The notes under the pieces: generated by a model | Databases searched by the model: none | The model's input: only the letters and a program-made list of their open reading frames with translations | What the model was told of the DNA's origin: nothing | NCBI GenBank assembly: GCA_046483385.1 | Contig: JAWODG010000220.1 | Location: 1,029-65,028 of the forward strand | Length of the DNA stretch: 64,000 bases | Direction of reading: 5' to 3' | Source of the DNA: Candidatus Brocadiia bacterium | GTDB lineage: Bacteria > Planctomycetota > Brocadiia > SM23-32 | Position numbers and translations under genes: made by a program | Shown: positions 17,644 through 27,646 of the stretch, one piece after another | How positions within the stretch are numbered: the first letter of the stretch is position 1 | Layout of the letters: the number at the start of each line of letters is the position of its first letter

Positions 17644-17781
17644 TGCTCGCCCGGCGTGAACCCTCCCGCAGACCGTACTCCACAGCCCCGAACAGAGAAA
17701 CCTGACCATCCGCGTGCGTAACGGCCCCGAATACTATAAGCTGGATAGAATGTGTTGACGAGTCAACATCAGGGGGATTGA

Positions 17782-18867
17782 GTGCGCAAACGAAGACTGG
17801 GTAGAACGGAGCTGCGGGTGAGCCAGGTTGGTTTCGGGGCCATCAAACTGCCTCAAGTCTCCGAGGAGCAGGCCGCCGAGGCCTTGAACACCGCGCTCGA
17901 CCTGGGCATCAACTTCATCGATACCGCGCGCAACTACAAGGACTCCGAGCGGAAGATCGGCCGCGCCGTCGGGCACCGACGCGATGAGTTCTACGTCGCC
18001 ACCAAGAGCAGCGCCCGCGACGCCGACGGCCTGCGGCGGGACCTGGAGACGAGCCTGTCCGAGCTGGGCATGGACCAGGTGGACCTCTACCAGCTTCACA
18101 CCGTGAGCAGCCGGGCGGACTGGCAGCAGGTAACTGCACCCGGGGGCGCGCTAAAGGCGGCACAGAAAGCGCGGCACGAAGGGCTGGTGGACCATATAGG
18201 AATCACCATTCACCGCGACCTGGACGTCATGCGGGACGCCGTCACGTGCGGTGAGTTCGAGACACTCATGGTCTGTTACAGCCCCATAGACACCGAGGGG
18301 GTGGGCCCGAACATCCTGCCGCTGGCCAGGGAGCATGACGTGGGCGTTATCGCCATGAAGGCCCTCTCGGGCGGTATGCTGGTCTCCGAGGGATTTGAGG
18401 ACGGCAAGCGTCCCGCCGATGAGGACCCGCTGGTGACGAAGGTTTTGCGGTTCGTGCTGACCAACGAGTGTGTGAACTGTGTCATACCCGGCATGCGCAA
18501 CGCCGGGGAGGTGCGGCAGAACGCGCGGGTGGGCGAGACGTTCAGCCCCATGACCGAGGAGGAGAGCGCCGAACTGGTGGAGGCCATAGCGGCCAAGGGG
18601 CGCACGTATCGCTACGGCCAGCTCTGCCTGCAGTGCGGCTACTGCCAGCCGTGCCCACAGGGCATCGACATCCCGACGGTCTTCCGGGCCCGCATGATCG
18701 CAGAGTCATACCCCGAGCACCTGCGGGAGGAGGGGTATAGACTGTTTGAATCTCTGGAAGTTGGGCCGGAAGCCTGCACCGAGTGCGAGAAGTGCGTGGA
18801 GAACTGTCCGGCGGGGATCGACATTCCCACGCGGCTGCAGGAATCAGCCGAGGTTCTCACGAGATAG
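17782..18867 (+). CDS. Aldo/keto reductase with C-terminal 4Fe-4S dicluster domain
   Basis: RRLGRTELRVSQVGFG, GINFIDTARNY, IAMKALSGG; CLQCGYCQPCPQGIDIP and CTECEKCVENCP. Confidence 0.92.
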   Translation: MRKRRLGRTELRVSQVGFGAIKLPQVSEEQAAEALNTALDLGINFIDTARNYKDSERKIGRAVGHRRDEFYVATKSSARDADGLRRDLETSLSELGMDQVDLYQLHTVSSRADWQQVTAPGGALKAAQKARHEGLVDHIGITIHRDLDVMRDAVTCGEFETLMVCYSPIDTEGVGPNILPLAREHDVGVIAMKALSGGMLVSEGFEDGKRPADEDPLVTKVLRFVLTNECVNCVIPGMRNAGEVRQNARVGETFSPMTEEESAELVEAIAAKGRTYRYGQLCLQCGYCQPCPQGIDIPTVFRARMIAESYPEHLREEGYRLFESLEVGPEACTECEKCVENCPAGIDIPTRLQESAEVLTR

Positions 18868-19756
18868 CACCGGCGCCGCGGCCGCCGGCCCGACGCTCCT
18901 CCCCGTTGCGGCTGAACAGGTAGCCGACCAGGGCGCCGTAGAGCAGGTTGGTGGCCCCCAGCTCAATCGCCCCTTCCAACGAGAGCGCTCCGGGCAGGAA
19001 CGGTTGAGCACTTATCATCGGTCCGAGGGAGCCGACGGCGAAGATCACCGCGGTCACCGAGAGGGTGGCTTCCAGGCGCCCTCCTCTCATCATCTTCACC
19101 ACGGGCAGGGAGAAGACTATCAGCAGAAGCGCCTGTCCCGCCTGTCCCGCCTGCATCAGCAGCCAACCCCAGCTTTGGTGCGCCTGCGGCATTCCGAGCG
19201 CGGCCCCGGCAAGGTGCCGCCGCGTCACGAGCCCGGCGGCCTTCAGCAGCAGCCGGGCTCCAAGACACAAAGCCAGCCGCCAGAGCCATTGCCCCGCCGA
19301 CATGTGAAGTCGGGCGCTCTCCCGGACGGTGGCTTTCTCCCCCAACCGCCCCATCGCACAGACCAGCACGAAGGAGAAAACCATGGCCAGCAGGAACCCG
19401 TGGGCGGTGAGCAGAGCGGTCGTGGGGAGGTCCACGACCTGGGAGAGCACCAGCCCCGCTTCAAACCGCGGCACCAGTGTGTAAATGCCGAAGTGCACCG
19501 TGCCCACGGCGAACATCAACTGAGTGCCGGACCAGCGCGAGCGGACGGCGGGATAGGCCATGGCGGCCACCACGCAGCAGCGGTCGAGGAAGGTGCGCAG
19601 CAGCATTCCGCCGCCCGTCAGGGGCAGGTGGGCCAGCTCCTCGAACCGGGCAAGTGGCAGGATAGACAGGTAGGTCACGGCCGTCAGAACGACCACCGCT
19701 ATGAGGGCACGTCCGGTGTATTTCAGCAGCGCTGGCATGGCGGCATTCTTGAACAA
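18857..19756 (-). CDS. Hypothetical integral membrane protein
   Basis: About 8 hydrophobic segments; co-oriented with the upstream DUF4159 gene. Confidence 0.6.
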   Translation of the reverse strand: MFKNAAMPALLKYTGRALIAVVVLTAVTYLSILPLARFEELAHLPLTGGGMLLRTFLDRCCVVAAMAYPAVRSRWSGTQLMFAVGTVHFGIYTLVPRFEAGLVLSQVVDLPTTALLTAHGFLLAMVFSFVLVCAMGRLGEKATVRESARLHMSAGQWLWRLALCLGARLLLKAAGLVTRRHLAGAALGMPQAHQSWGWLLMQAGQAGQALLLIVFSLPVVKMMRGGRLEATLSVTAVIFAVGSLGPMISAQPFLPGALSLEGAIELGATNLLYGALVGYLFSRNGEERRAGGRGAGAIS

Positions 19757-19915
19757 CTTGCCCTCGGGAACGGCGGTCGGCGCCTGAGGCGGTCACCCCG
19801 CCGGGCAGAAGATACCAAAATATGCGGACCGCCGCAATCAGCAGATGGTGCGGTCGGCGGCCTCGGTCGCCGGCTCCCCGCAGAACATCGCCTCTTCATT
19901 CCGGGCGGCCCCGCA

Positions 19916-22153
19916 TCAGCTGGAAAGTCCGTACAGTACGATCTTCAAGGCCAGCCGGCTGGCGGAAGGCTCCAGCACGGAGGGGCAGCGATAGCAGGGA
20001 TGCCCGTCGATGGCGCTGCTGAGGTCAAAACGACTGTAGACCACGGCCGCCCGGCCGCCCACCTCGATGGCCTCCAGATATGGGCGGTCGAGGCCGGGCT
20101 CGAAGCGGAGGGCGGGGTCCGAGTAGTTGACCTCCCCCATCGGCTCGCCCATCTCGAACAGGGGGTGTCCGATGGGCAGCCGCTCCAGTTCCCTGTCCGG
20201 GAACATGCCACGCATCAGTTCCCGGAAGGACCGGTCGAAGCGTTCGCTCCCGCAGGCGGCCTCCGCGAAGATGAACCCCCCTCGCTCAAGGTATTTCGCC
20301 AGTGTCCGTCGCTGCTCGACGTCCAGCGCCACCTCCCCGAGCCCGGTCAGGTAGAGCATATGGCCTTCGTAAGGGCTTTCCTGCTGGAGGTCGATGGGCA
20401 CGGGACGGCTGTAAACGTCGATGCCGGCCCGCTCGCTCACCTGTTCGAGCACTTTCCTCCATGCGATCTTGTGGGGACGCCACTGCCCGGCATGCACTAC
20501 CTGGCCCATGACGAACGCCCCGCCCCGCTCCTCGGGTTCCTCCTGCGAAGGCACGTACCACGAACGCTCGGCCAGCTTGCCTTCCATCTCCTTCATGCCG
20601 GTGGCGTAGGCCACGAGGTTGGTTCCCAACCGGAAGTTGGTATGCTCGAACTGCGCCACGTCCCATGGGCAAGACAATCCCCGCCGCGCGTACACGACCG
20701 AAAGCCAGCACGGCCCTCGGATGGCCTCCAACGGCGGCCGCTCGGCCTCCGGTATGTTGAAGTAACTCGTGTAGAGGGGATGATCGAGCGGGAGGTCCAC
20801 CAACTCGTCCTCGGGAAAGGCCTGGCGGATGAGCCGCCGGAGGGCCCCGTCGAAGGCGGCGTCGCCGCCGGCCGCCTCGGCAAAGATCAGGCCGCCGGCC
20901 TGCACGTATTCCCGGACACGCTCGATCTCGCGGGGGGACCAGACGGTGCCGCCCCGCCCGCTGAGGTAGAGCACGGGCGCCCTCATCAGTTGATCCAGCG
21001 GCGCGTCCAGCGGGGCGATCTGCCAGTCAACCGGCCGGTCGAGTTCCATGCCGATGAAGTGGGTGAGAAAACGGGTGTCGAAACGGTTAGCGTTCCACTC
21101 GCCGCCCCACTCAGCCTTGTGAAGAACGAGGGGGGCGTTGCCCTTGGCCAGGAAGAGCACGGCATAGCAGTTCTTCAGCAGGGGCCACTCGTGCTGCGTA
21201 CCCGCCATAACGACCGCCCGGGGATCGCCTACCAGGTGTTCCACCCCTTCCCGGTACCAATCGCGACCGCCGAAGCGGCGACGCGCCAGTATGGTGCCCG
21301 CCCGCTCCAGCCCGTAGAGGTAGTAGAACTTCCACGCCCGATGGCGCGGGTTGGTGGCCACCGAAAAGTGCCGCGCCAGCCACCGCAGCCCCGCCGCTAT
21401 CTGCCGCTGGTCGGGATACTGTCCGCAACGGCCCTGCGCCACGTGCAGCCAGAGATCACAGATGAACACGCTGGCCACGCCGGCCGCCGTCATACTGCCG
21501 TAGCTGCCGGAACCGCGGCTGGTATACTCCCAGCCACCGTCGGGGTTCTGCCGGGCCAGATAGTACCGGCGGGCGGCTGACCACGTCTCCGGCGCGATCT
21601 CCACTCCGCTCAGAGCGGCGGCGTGCAGGCCCAGCACGGCGAACTGCGAGTTGGAATTGTCCGTCCGGCCCGATTCCCCGTAAGCCCATCCACCTGACGG
21701 CTGTTGCGCACGCACCAGGTACGTGGCGCCCGCGGCGATTTGGGGCCGGTAGGCGTCGGGGTCAACACTCTGCAGCGCCATCATCTCCAGCGAGCGTTCG
21801 TAAACTCCGTGGTCGCCGTCGGGTGTGCGATCCAGCAAATACTGCACGCCCCTGCTGACGGCCGGGTCATCCTTCGGCGCGCCCGCGGCCCGCAGGGCGA
21901 GAACGGCCAGCGAGGTCTGCCCCACGCCCCACCGTCTGTTGGGGGCTCGGAACGACCCATCGTCCCGCTGGGCGTTGCGGATATCGGCCACCAGCTGGTC
22001 GATGCGGGCCTGAAGCTGCTCGGCCGTCACGGCGCCGCGCGCCACCGGGGTGCGGAAGCAGATGGCGGCAACGAGCGCGGCCAGAACCACCAGCCACCCC
22101 TTCGGGTGCCGCCCTCCCGGATGTCGCTTCCTCACGTCTTGCCCAGTATCCAT
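19916..22153 (-). CDS. Prenyltransferase/squalene-oxidase-repeat protein with two DUF4159 domains
   Basis: Signal peptide, AQQPSGGWAY..DNSNSQFAVLGL, QNPDGGWEY..GSMTAAG, YYLYGLERAG, DWYREG; tandem YL.G...GG.IFAEA..G..FD..R DUF4159 motifs. Confidence 0.8.
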   Translation of the reverse strand: MDTGQDVRKRHPGGRHPKGWLVVLAALVAAICFRTPVARGAVTAEQLQARIDQLVADIRNAQRDDGSFRAPNRRWGVGQTSLAVLALRAAGAPKDDPAVSRGVQYLLDRTPDGDHGVYERSLEMMALQSVDPDAYRPQIAAGATYLVRAQQPSGGWAYGESGRTDNSNSQFAVLGLHAAALSGVEIAPETWSAARRYYLARQNPDGGWEYTSRGSGSYGSMTAAGVASVFICDLWLHVAQGRCGQYPDQRQIAAGLRWLARHFSVATNPRHRAWKFYYLYGLERAGTILARRRFGGRDWYREGVEHLVGDPRAVVMAGTQHEWPLLKNCYAVLFLAKGNAPLVLHKAEWGGEWNANRFDTRFLTHFIGMELDRPVDWQIAPLDAPLDQLMRAPVLYLSGRGGTVWSPREIERVREYVQAGGLIFAEAAGGDAAFDGALRRLIRQAFPEDELVDLPLDHPLYTSYFNIPEAERPPLEAIRGPCWLSVVYARRGLSCPWDVAQFEHTNFRLGTNLVAYATGMKEMEGKLAERSWYVPSQEEPEERGGAFVMGQVVHAGQWRPHKIAWRKVLEQVSERAGIDVYSRPVPIDLQQESPYEGHMLYLTGLGEVALDVEQRRTLAKYLERGGFIFAEAACGSERFDRSFRELMRGMFPDRELERLPIGHPLFEMGEPMGEVNYSDPALRFEPGLDRPYLEAIEVGGRAAVVYSRFDLSSAIDGHPCYRCPSVLEPSASRLALKIVLYGLSS

Positions 22154-22857
22154 CGCCTGAACTTCTTGAAAGGTGTGCTGACAGCCGTGCCCAGCTCCAC
22201 GAACCAGGGCTTCCGACGGAGTCGTCTGCGCTGGGAGGGCGACAGGTGATCCCGTTTAAGGCGACGGAAGTGCTTGCGGACGTGATAGAGGTCCGCCTTC
22301 TGGAGTTGCCGTCGCAGCCAGCGCACGGGGAACGTCCTGCCCAGACAACGCTCGGGCACGTGGAAAGCCACCTGGAAGTCGAACAGGTAAGGCAGCCCAT
22401 CATCCCCCACCAGAATGTTCTCGGCCTTCTCCAGGTCCACGTAGGCCACGCCCCTCTCGTGCAAGCGACGCACCAGCAGGAACAGCTCCCGGCAGAACTG
22501 CATGTCCACCTCGGTGTCCCGGGTCAGGGGCTCACCCGGGACGTACTCGTGTATCAGACCCGTGCGCCCGTGCATGCCCACCAGCCTCGGCACGCCCCGT
22601 ATGTCGTGCACGTGGCGCAGGACGGCGGCCTCATACCTTGCCATCAGCTCCCCCAACCACGCCAGCGGCAGCCCGAGCAGCCGTGCGGTGCGGTGGCACT
22701 TGAGGACGACCTGCCGAACCTCGTTGCCGTAGAGGCCCACAGCCGCAAAGGCCGTGTGCTTGAACAGCTTGCGCAACCCCAACGTATGGCCGTCCAGCTC
22801 TATTCGCTCGGGCAGTTCGTTCTTGCCCAGCGCCCGCAGTTGATGCCGGCCTTTCAT
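22132..22857 (-). CDS. Protein-kinase-like fold protein (RIO1/Kdo-kinase-like)
   Basis: VVLK, E..VL....GVPRL, EYVPGEPL, LHERGVAYVDLEKAENILV, YLFDFQ. Confidence 0.7.
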   Translation of the reverse strand: MKGRHQLRALGKNELPERIELDGHTLGLRKLFKHTAFAAVGLYGNEVRQVVLKCHRTARLLGLPLAWLGELMARYEAAVLRHVHDIRGVPRLVGMHGRTGLIHEYVPGEPLTRDTEVDMQFCRELFLLVRRLHERGVAYVDLEKAENILVGDDGLPYLFDFQVAFHVPERCLGRTFPVRWLRRQLQKADLYHVRKHFRRLKRDHLSPSQRRRLRRKPWFVELGTAVSTPFKKFRRWILGKT

Positions 22858-23205
22858 CAGAGGGGGTCTCCGCCGCCGGAGCTGTTTGGTTCAGGGAGAT
22901 GACCGCTTCGGCCAGTATAGCATGCACGCCGTGGGCCATAAAGCGGTCGGCATGACGTGGGCCGCGCAGGCTAACGCCCCGCCGGTGCGAACGACCGGGG
23001 CGGGGCGATTGAGGCCGGTGCCCCGCCGCGGTTCCTCCGTCCTCTGTCGTCCTCCGCGCGCCCTGGTCGTCGGCCGCTGAAGCGGCCTGCTACGAGGCCG
23101 CCCTTCCCCGGGCACAACGGTGTCGGAGGACGCCTTTCATGTTGTTCGCCGCCATCGGGTTCGTGGGAACCCGCGCCCGCCGGCAGCCGTCACCGTGGTG
23201 AGGGT

Positions 23206-23242
23206 ACAGAAAGACGGCGCCGGCGGGGGAACCGGCGCCGCC
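23206..23242 (-). terminator. Intrinsic terminator after the LysM gene
   Basis: Minus strand GGCGGCGCCGG-loop-CCGGCGCCGTC followed by TTTCTGT. Confidence 0.6.
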
Positions 23243-23269
23243 CGGGGGCGGGGGCCAGGGGTTGGGCCC

Positions 23270-24067
23270 TCACGGTATGCTTAGAACCATGCCCGGCTTC
23301 AGATCCTGCGGGCTTGAGATCAGGTCCTTGTTGGCACTGCGAATCTGGCGCCACTTCTCACCGCTGCCGTAGTAGCGGCGCGCGATGCGGTAGAGGCTAT
23401 CGCCTTTGACGACTGTGTGCGTGCGCCCCTTGTTGCCGTTGGTGGCAAGGGTCGGCCGCGCCTCGGAACTGCGTTGCGCGGTGGCGCCGGCGGAGGAGAC
23501 GTCGGGGATGGTCAGCCGCATGTCGGGCATCAGGCGGGAAGGGTCGGACACAACGCTCTTGTTGGCCGCCAGTATGTCGCGCCACTTCCCTGTAGTGCCG
23601 TAGTATTCCTTGCTGATCGAGCTGAGGGTTTCGCCCTTTTGCACGATGTGGGTAACGCTGCGGCGGCGAGGCCTGACGGTTTCCTGCTCGGGCTCGGGTT
23701 CCTCCTCGCCGGTGTTCACGGGATTGAGCGGTATTTCGTCGGGCTGGCTCTCTTCGATGACGTCGCGGATGATCGCCTCTTCGCTGGGCGAGCTCGTGGC
23801 GGGCGGCTCCTGCCCGCCCATCTCGATGGCGTAGGTCGGCGGCTCTTCGCTCTCCGCTTCAACGGTCTCCGTTCCGCCGCCGTAGAGCAGGTCCTCGTAG
23901 AGCTTCTCCAGATCCTGATCCGTTTCTTCCACCTCAGTCGCCCCTGTGCCGTCCTGCACCATCGCGTCGCTCTGCGGGGCGTCTTCTCCGCCCCACATGC
24001 ACAGCAGAATGATGCCGACCGCAATCAGCGCGAGAATGCCCAGCATCTGCGCCTCTTTCAGTTTCAT
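23270..24067 (-). CDS. Membrane-anchored protein with two LysM peptidoglycan-binding domains
   Basis: N-terminal TM, acidic linker, HIVQKGETLSSISKEYYG..W..I..AN and HTVVKGDSLYRIARRYYG. Confidence 0.92.
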   Translation of the reverse strand: MKLKEAQMLGILALIAVGIILLCMWGGEDAPQSDAMVQDGTGATEVEETDQDLEKLYEDLLYGGGTETVEAESEEPPTYAIEMGGQEPPATSSPSEEAIIRDVIEESQPDEIPLNPVNTGEEEPEPEQETVRPRRRSVTHIVQKGETLSSISKEYYGTTGKWRDILAANKSVVSDPSRLMPDMRLTIPDVSSAGATAQRSSEARPTLATNGNKGRTHTVVKGDSLYRIARRYYGSGEKWRQIRSANKDLISSPQDLKPGMVLSIP

Positions 24068-24422
24068 CGTGTCGCAGCCCCTTCTCCGTTTCGGCCCACG
24101 TGAGATACTCCTTGACCATCAACCCGCTAAAGAGTATCGGAAGCCGAACCACCAATACAAACCAGCGGTCCGGCTTCCGCGGTCAGGCGTCCTTTAGCTT
24201 TCCGTAAGTGTTTCGTTCGCTGTCCTTTGCGGGGACGCTGCGTGGACGAACTGGTCGGGGAAGCGACGAGGAAAAAACGCCGCAAAAAACCACCGCGCGA
24301 ACGCCCGTTTCCCCGAGCGGGCCGACACTTGCGCCTCGGCGAGCATCGCTGTACCATTCTTGACTGGGGGCTTCGCGAGGTTTGGCCCCGATTTCATCCT
24401 GAACCCTAAGAAGGGACCGACC

Positions 24423-24614
24423 ATGCGCGTCGAGGTTGACGAGGACCTGTGCATCTGTGCAATGCAGTGCGAAACCATCTGTCCGGAAGTGTTCAAGGTC
24501 GAAGGCAGCGTCTCAGTCGTGCAGGTGGACCCGGTTCCGCCGGAGGTGGAGGACCGCTGCCGCGAGGCGGTGGAGGCCTGCCCGGCCAATGCCATCAACA
24601 TCATCGAGGAATGA
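24423..24614 (+). CDS. Monocluster ferredoxin
   Basis: MRVEVDEDLCICAMQCETICPEVF...EAVEACPANAI. Confidence 0.88.
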   Translation: MRVEVDEDLCICAMQCETICPEVFKVEGSVSVVQVDPVPPEVEDRCREAVEACPANAINIIEE

Positions 24615-24656
24615 CGTCCCGGAGGGGACGGGCTGCCGCGGGTGGGCCGGGGACGC

Positions 24657-27347
24657 TCAGCGCCCCCAGTCGGACAACATGGTTTGCGCGACCGGCGGCT
24701 GAGGCTGTTCCGCGAACACGTTGACGCAGACTCTGAAACCGTAGGTGGGCCGCTCGCTGTCGGGCAGGTATGCCCGACGGAAGGCCACGTGCATCTCTTC
24801 GGGCTCGTCCACCCATGAGCCGCCGCGGAGGACTTTGTAGTCTCCGCTCTCGGGGCCCTTGGGGTCGTCTACAGGCGACTCGAAGTAGTAGCGGCTGTCG
24901 TACCAATCCCGGCACCATTCCAGCGCATTGCCGTACATGTCGTGCAGTCCCCAGGCGTTGGGCTGGCGGGAGCCCACCGGATGGGGCGCGCTTGCGGTGA
25001 GCCGGCACCAGGCTTGCTCCGCCAGCGCGCTCGGCGAGCCGGCGCGCCCGTAGACGTCTGCCGAACCGGCGCGGCACGCGTACTCCCACTGTGCCTCGGT
25101 CGGCAGGCTTACGGTCACGTTCTTGCGCCGGGACAGCTCAGCGCAGAAGAGGTGCGCGTCGCTCCATGAAACGGCGGCCGGCAGTGGGCCCGCCGTGCCG
25201 TCCTCGGCCTTGACCGCCGCGGGAGGCATTCGCCCGGTGACGGCCTCGAACTGCCGCCGGGTCACCTCCGTGGCGGACATGTAGAATGGGTCCGAGATGC
25301 GAACGCGGTGAGGTGGGCTCTGGTCCGAGGCGAAGCCCGGCACCCCTTCGGCCGCCCCCATTACGAACTCGCCGGCCGGGATGAGCACCAGGGGAAGCGT
25401 CACGTCGCTGCCGATGGCCAGTTCACGCCGTGCCGGCACGTCCAGCACCTGCGCGGTGGTCTCCTGCCGACGGACGGCTTCCTGCCGATCGAACGGCCAA
25501 TCGGTAAACCGAATGCTCTGCAAGCGCTGGCGCAGCAGGCTGCGGGCCTCGGAGGCCCGGGGGCTGCCCGGGCACTCCTTGAGGAACTTCTCCAGCACGC
25601 GCACGGAACCGCCGTTGTGCTGGATGTAGCTGGTAATGCTCTGCCAGCAGGCCTCGTCGAATCCGTCCTGCAGGCTCTGCACTTCGGAGGCCAGTTCGGT
25701 CAGACCGACCGTCTCGGCCAGCGCATCCAGTTGCCGGAGGCGCTCGCGGGCTTCCCGGAACCGAAGCTGGTCTATCAGCCTCTCGACCTGTGCCGTTTCG
25801 TCGCTGGTCGCCTCTGTTATCCGCTCCCGCACCTGCTCCGGCAGACCTTCCACGCCGGCTTCCTCCGGCAGGTGCCGACGTGCAAAGACGGCCGCCTTGT
25901 AAGCGTCCTCCCAGCGGCCCTGCGCCAGCAGGTCGCTCACGCTGCTGCGCACGGCGCCGAGCTGCAGCAGGTACCGCACCAGTTGCTCCTTCTCCTGCAT
26001 CGCCTGCTCGGCCTGACGCCGGGCCTGCCGGCCTGTGCGCGCCAGGTGCCAGACCAAACCGGCGGTCACCGTCAGCAGAAGCAGAAAGCCTATGGCAATG
26101 GGCAGGAACACGCTCCGGTGACGCCACACCAGCTTGCGCAGGTGATAGAAGCTGGTTGACGGACGGGCCTCCACCGGCTGACCGCGGAGGTAGCGGGCGA
26201 TGTCTTCGGCCAGCTCCACGGCGCTCTGGTAGCGGAGGTCTCGTTCCTTCTCCAGGCATTTCATCACGATGGCGTCAAGGTCGCTGTCTATCTGGGGGCT
26301 GATGTCAGAAGGACGCTTGGGGATGTAATCCCGTATGATGCGCAGCGACTCCAGCGGGCGCCGCCGGTCCACCCGGTAGGGCAGCGAGTCGGTGAGCAGC
26401 TCGTAGAACAGCACGCCGATGGAGTAGACGTCGGACCGGATGTCTATCTCCTCCGGCCGGCCCAGCGTCTGCTCCGGGCTCATGTACGACGGCGTACCCA
26501 TGACCTCCCCCATCTCGGTCATGTGGATCTGCTCGTCGCCGTAGTCGCTGGCCAGCCTGGCCAGGCCGAAGTCCAGCAGCCGCGGGTTGCCGGAGCCGTC
26601 CACCAGGATGTTGCTGGGCTTGATGTCCCGATGGATGACCCCGCGCTGGTGGGCGTACGCAATCGCGCGGCATATCTTGACCATCAGCTCGCAGATACCC
26701 CGCTTGTCCAGCCCGTGCCGCAGCACGTACTGCTTGACGTTACAGCCGTCCACGAACTCCATGGTGAAGTAGGGCTGCCCGGCCACCTCGCCGTACTCGT
26801 AGACCGATACGATGTTGGGGTGTTTGAGGCGCGCGACGGCCTGCGCCTCCCGTTCGAATCGGATGCGGTATTTCTCCGAGGCGAAGCGCCCGTGCAGCAT
26901 CAGCTTCAGCACCACCAGACGCTCGGGCTGTTTCTGGCGCGCCTTGTAGATGGCCCCCATGCCACCATGGGCCAGCGGTTCGATGACCTCGTAGCGGTCC
27001 GCGAACTCCTCCTTCACCGACGCCAGCCGGGCCGCCTCGTAGTCCCCCACCTGCTCAATGACCGAGGTCTCTGCCTCCTGGGTGGCCTCCGTCGGACTTT
27101 CCTCGGCCGGCATCACAGAGGTCGGCTCGGTGGGAGGCTCGGAACTTACCCGAATTCGGCGCTTACATCCGCCGCACAGCACGACCGTCGCGCCCGGGGG
27201 AACGCGCAGAACGGAACCGCAGCCGGAACACTCGACCGTACGATTCGGCGCGGCAGGGAACTGGCGGTGGCATTCCTCGCACTCAAGCTGCGAGACGGCC
27301 GTCTCCGCCTCCAGCCCGGCGTCGCAGAACGGGCAGTGCACTTCCAT
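24657..27347 (-). CDS. Ser/Thr protein kinase with N-terminal Zn-ribbons, TM helix and C-terminal FGE/SUMF1 domain
   Basis: CPFC/CEEC/CSGC/CGGC; GGMGAIY, HRDIKPSNIL, DFGLA, GTPSYMSPEQ; LPTEAQWEYACRAG, PNAWGLHDMYGNALEWC, RGGSW. Confidence 0.92.
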   Translation of the reverse strand: MEVHCPFCDAGLEAETAVSQLECEECHRQFPAAPNRTVECSGCGSVLRVPPGATVVLCGGCKRRIRVSSEPPTEPTSVMPAEESPTEATQEAETSVIEQVGDYEAARLASVKEEFADRYEVIEPLAHGGMGAIYKARQKQPERLVVLKLMLHGRFASEKYRIRFEREAQAVARLKHPNIVSVYEYGEVAGQPYFTMEFVDGCNVKQYVLRHGLDKRGICELMVKICRAIAYAHQRGVIHRDIKPSNILVDGSGNPRLLDFGLARLASDYGDEQIHMTEMGEVMGTPSYMSPEQTLGRPEEIDIRSDVYSIGVLFYELLTDSLPYRVDRRRPLESLRIIRDYIPKRPSDISPQIDSDLDAIVMKCLEKERDLRYQSAVELAEDIARYLRGQPVEARPSTSFYHLRKLVWRHRSVFLPIAIGFLLLLTVTAGLVWHLARTGRQARRQAEQAMQEKEQLVRYLLQLGAVRSSVSDLLAQGRWEDAYKAAVFARRHLPEEAGVEGLPEQVRERITEATSDETAQVERLIDQLRFREARERLRQLDALAETVGLTELASEVQSLQDGFDEACWQSITSYIQHNGGSVRVLEKFLKECPGSPRASEARSLLRQRLQSIRFTDWPFDRQEAVRRQETTAQVLDVPARRELAIGSDVTLPLVLIPAGEFVMGAAEGVPGFASDQSPPHRVRISDPFYMSATEVTRRQFEAVTGRMPPAAVKAEDGTAGPLPAAVSWSDAHLFCAELSRRKNVTVSLPTEAQWEYACRAGSADVYGRAGSPSALAEQAWCRLTASAPHPVGSRQPNAWGLHDMYGNALEWCRDWYDSRYYFESPVDDPKGPESGDYKVLRGGSWVDEPEEMHVAFRRAYLPDSERPTYGFRVCVNVFAEQPQPPVAQTMLSDWGR

Positions 27348-27646
27348 GAACCGTCGGCCTCGGGATCAGGGCAATCGACGCATATTCGCGGCCTCAGCGG
27401 GCGCACGCGCAGAAGCCGCTTAGCGCAACCCCGCAAACTGCGGGGTAGTCTGGTAAGTGTAACGAAGCAGCCGGGTCCAATGACAAGCCCTGTGGCACCG
27501 TCAAAGCCCTACAAGGCCTCCGAGGCGGCTCTGGCACACGGGACGCGTCCAAAAAAACAGGGAGCAAATGTGGCGACGGACCGGGCGAAGAAGGTGCACG
27601 CCGCCCCCGCGCACCTCGGTCCGTCCGGGGTCCCGGGGCCGCAGGC

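Noticed and set aside
18746-21580. 944-aa plus-strand ORF
   Set aside because: No motifs, and it lies antisense to the DUF4159 and membrane protein genes
24657-25420. FGE domain as the maturation enzyme for the two sulfatases
   Set aside because: It lacks the catalytic CxxxxC after RGGSW and is the C-terminal domain of a membrane kinase, so it is more likely a sensor or binding module
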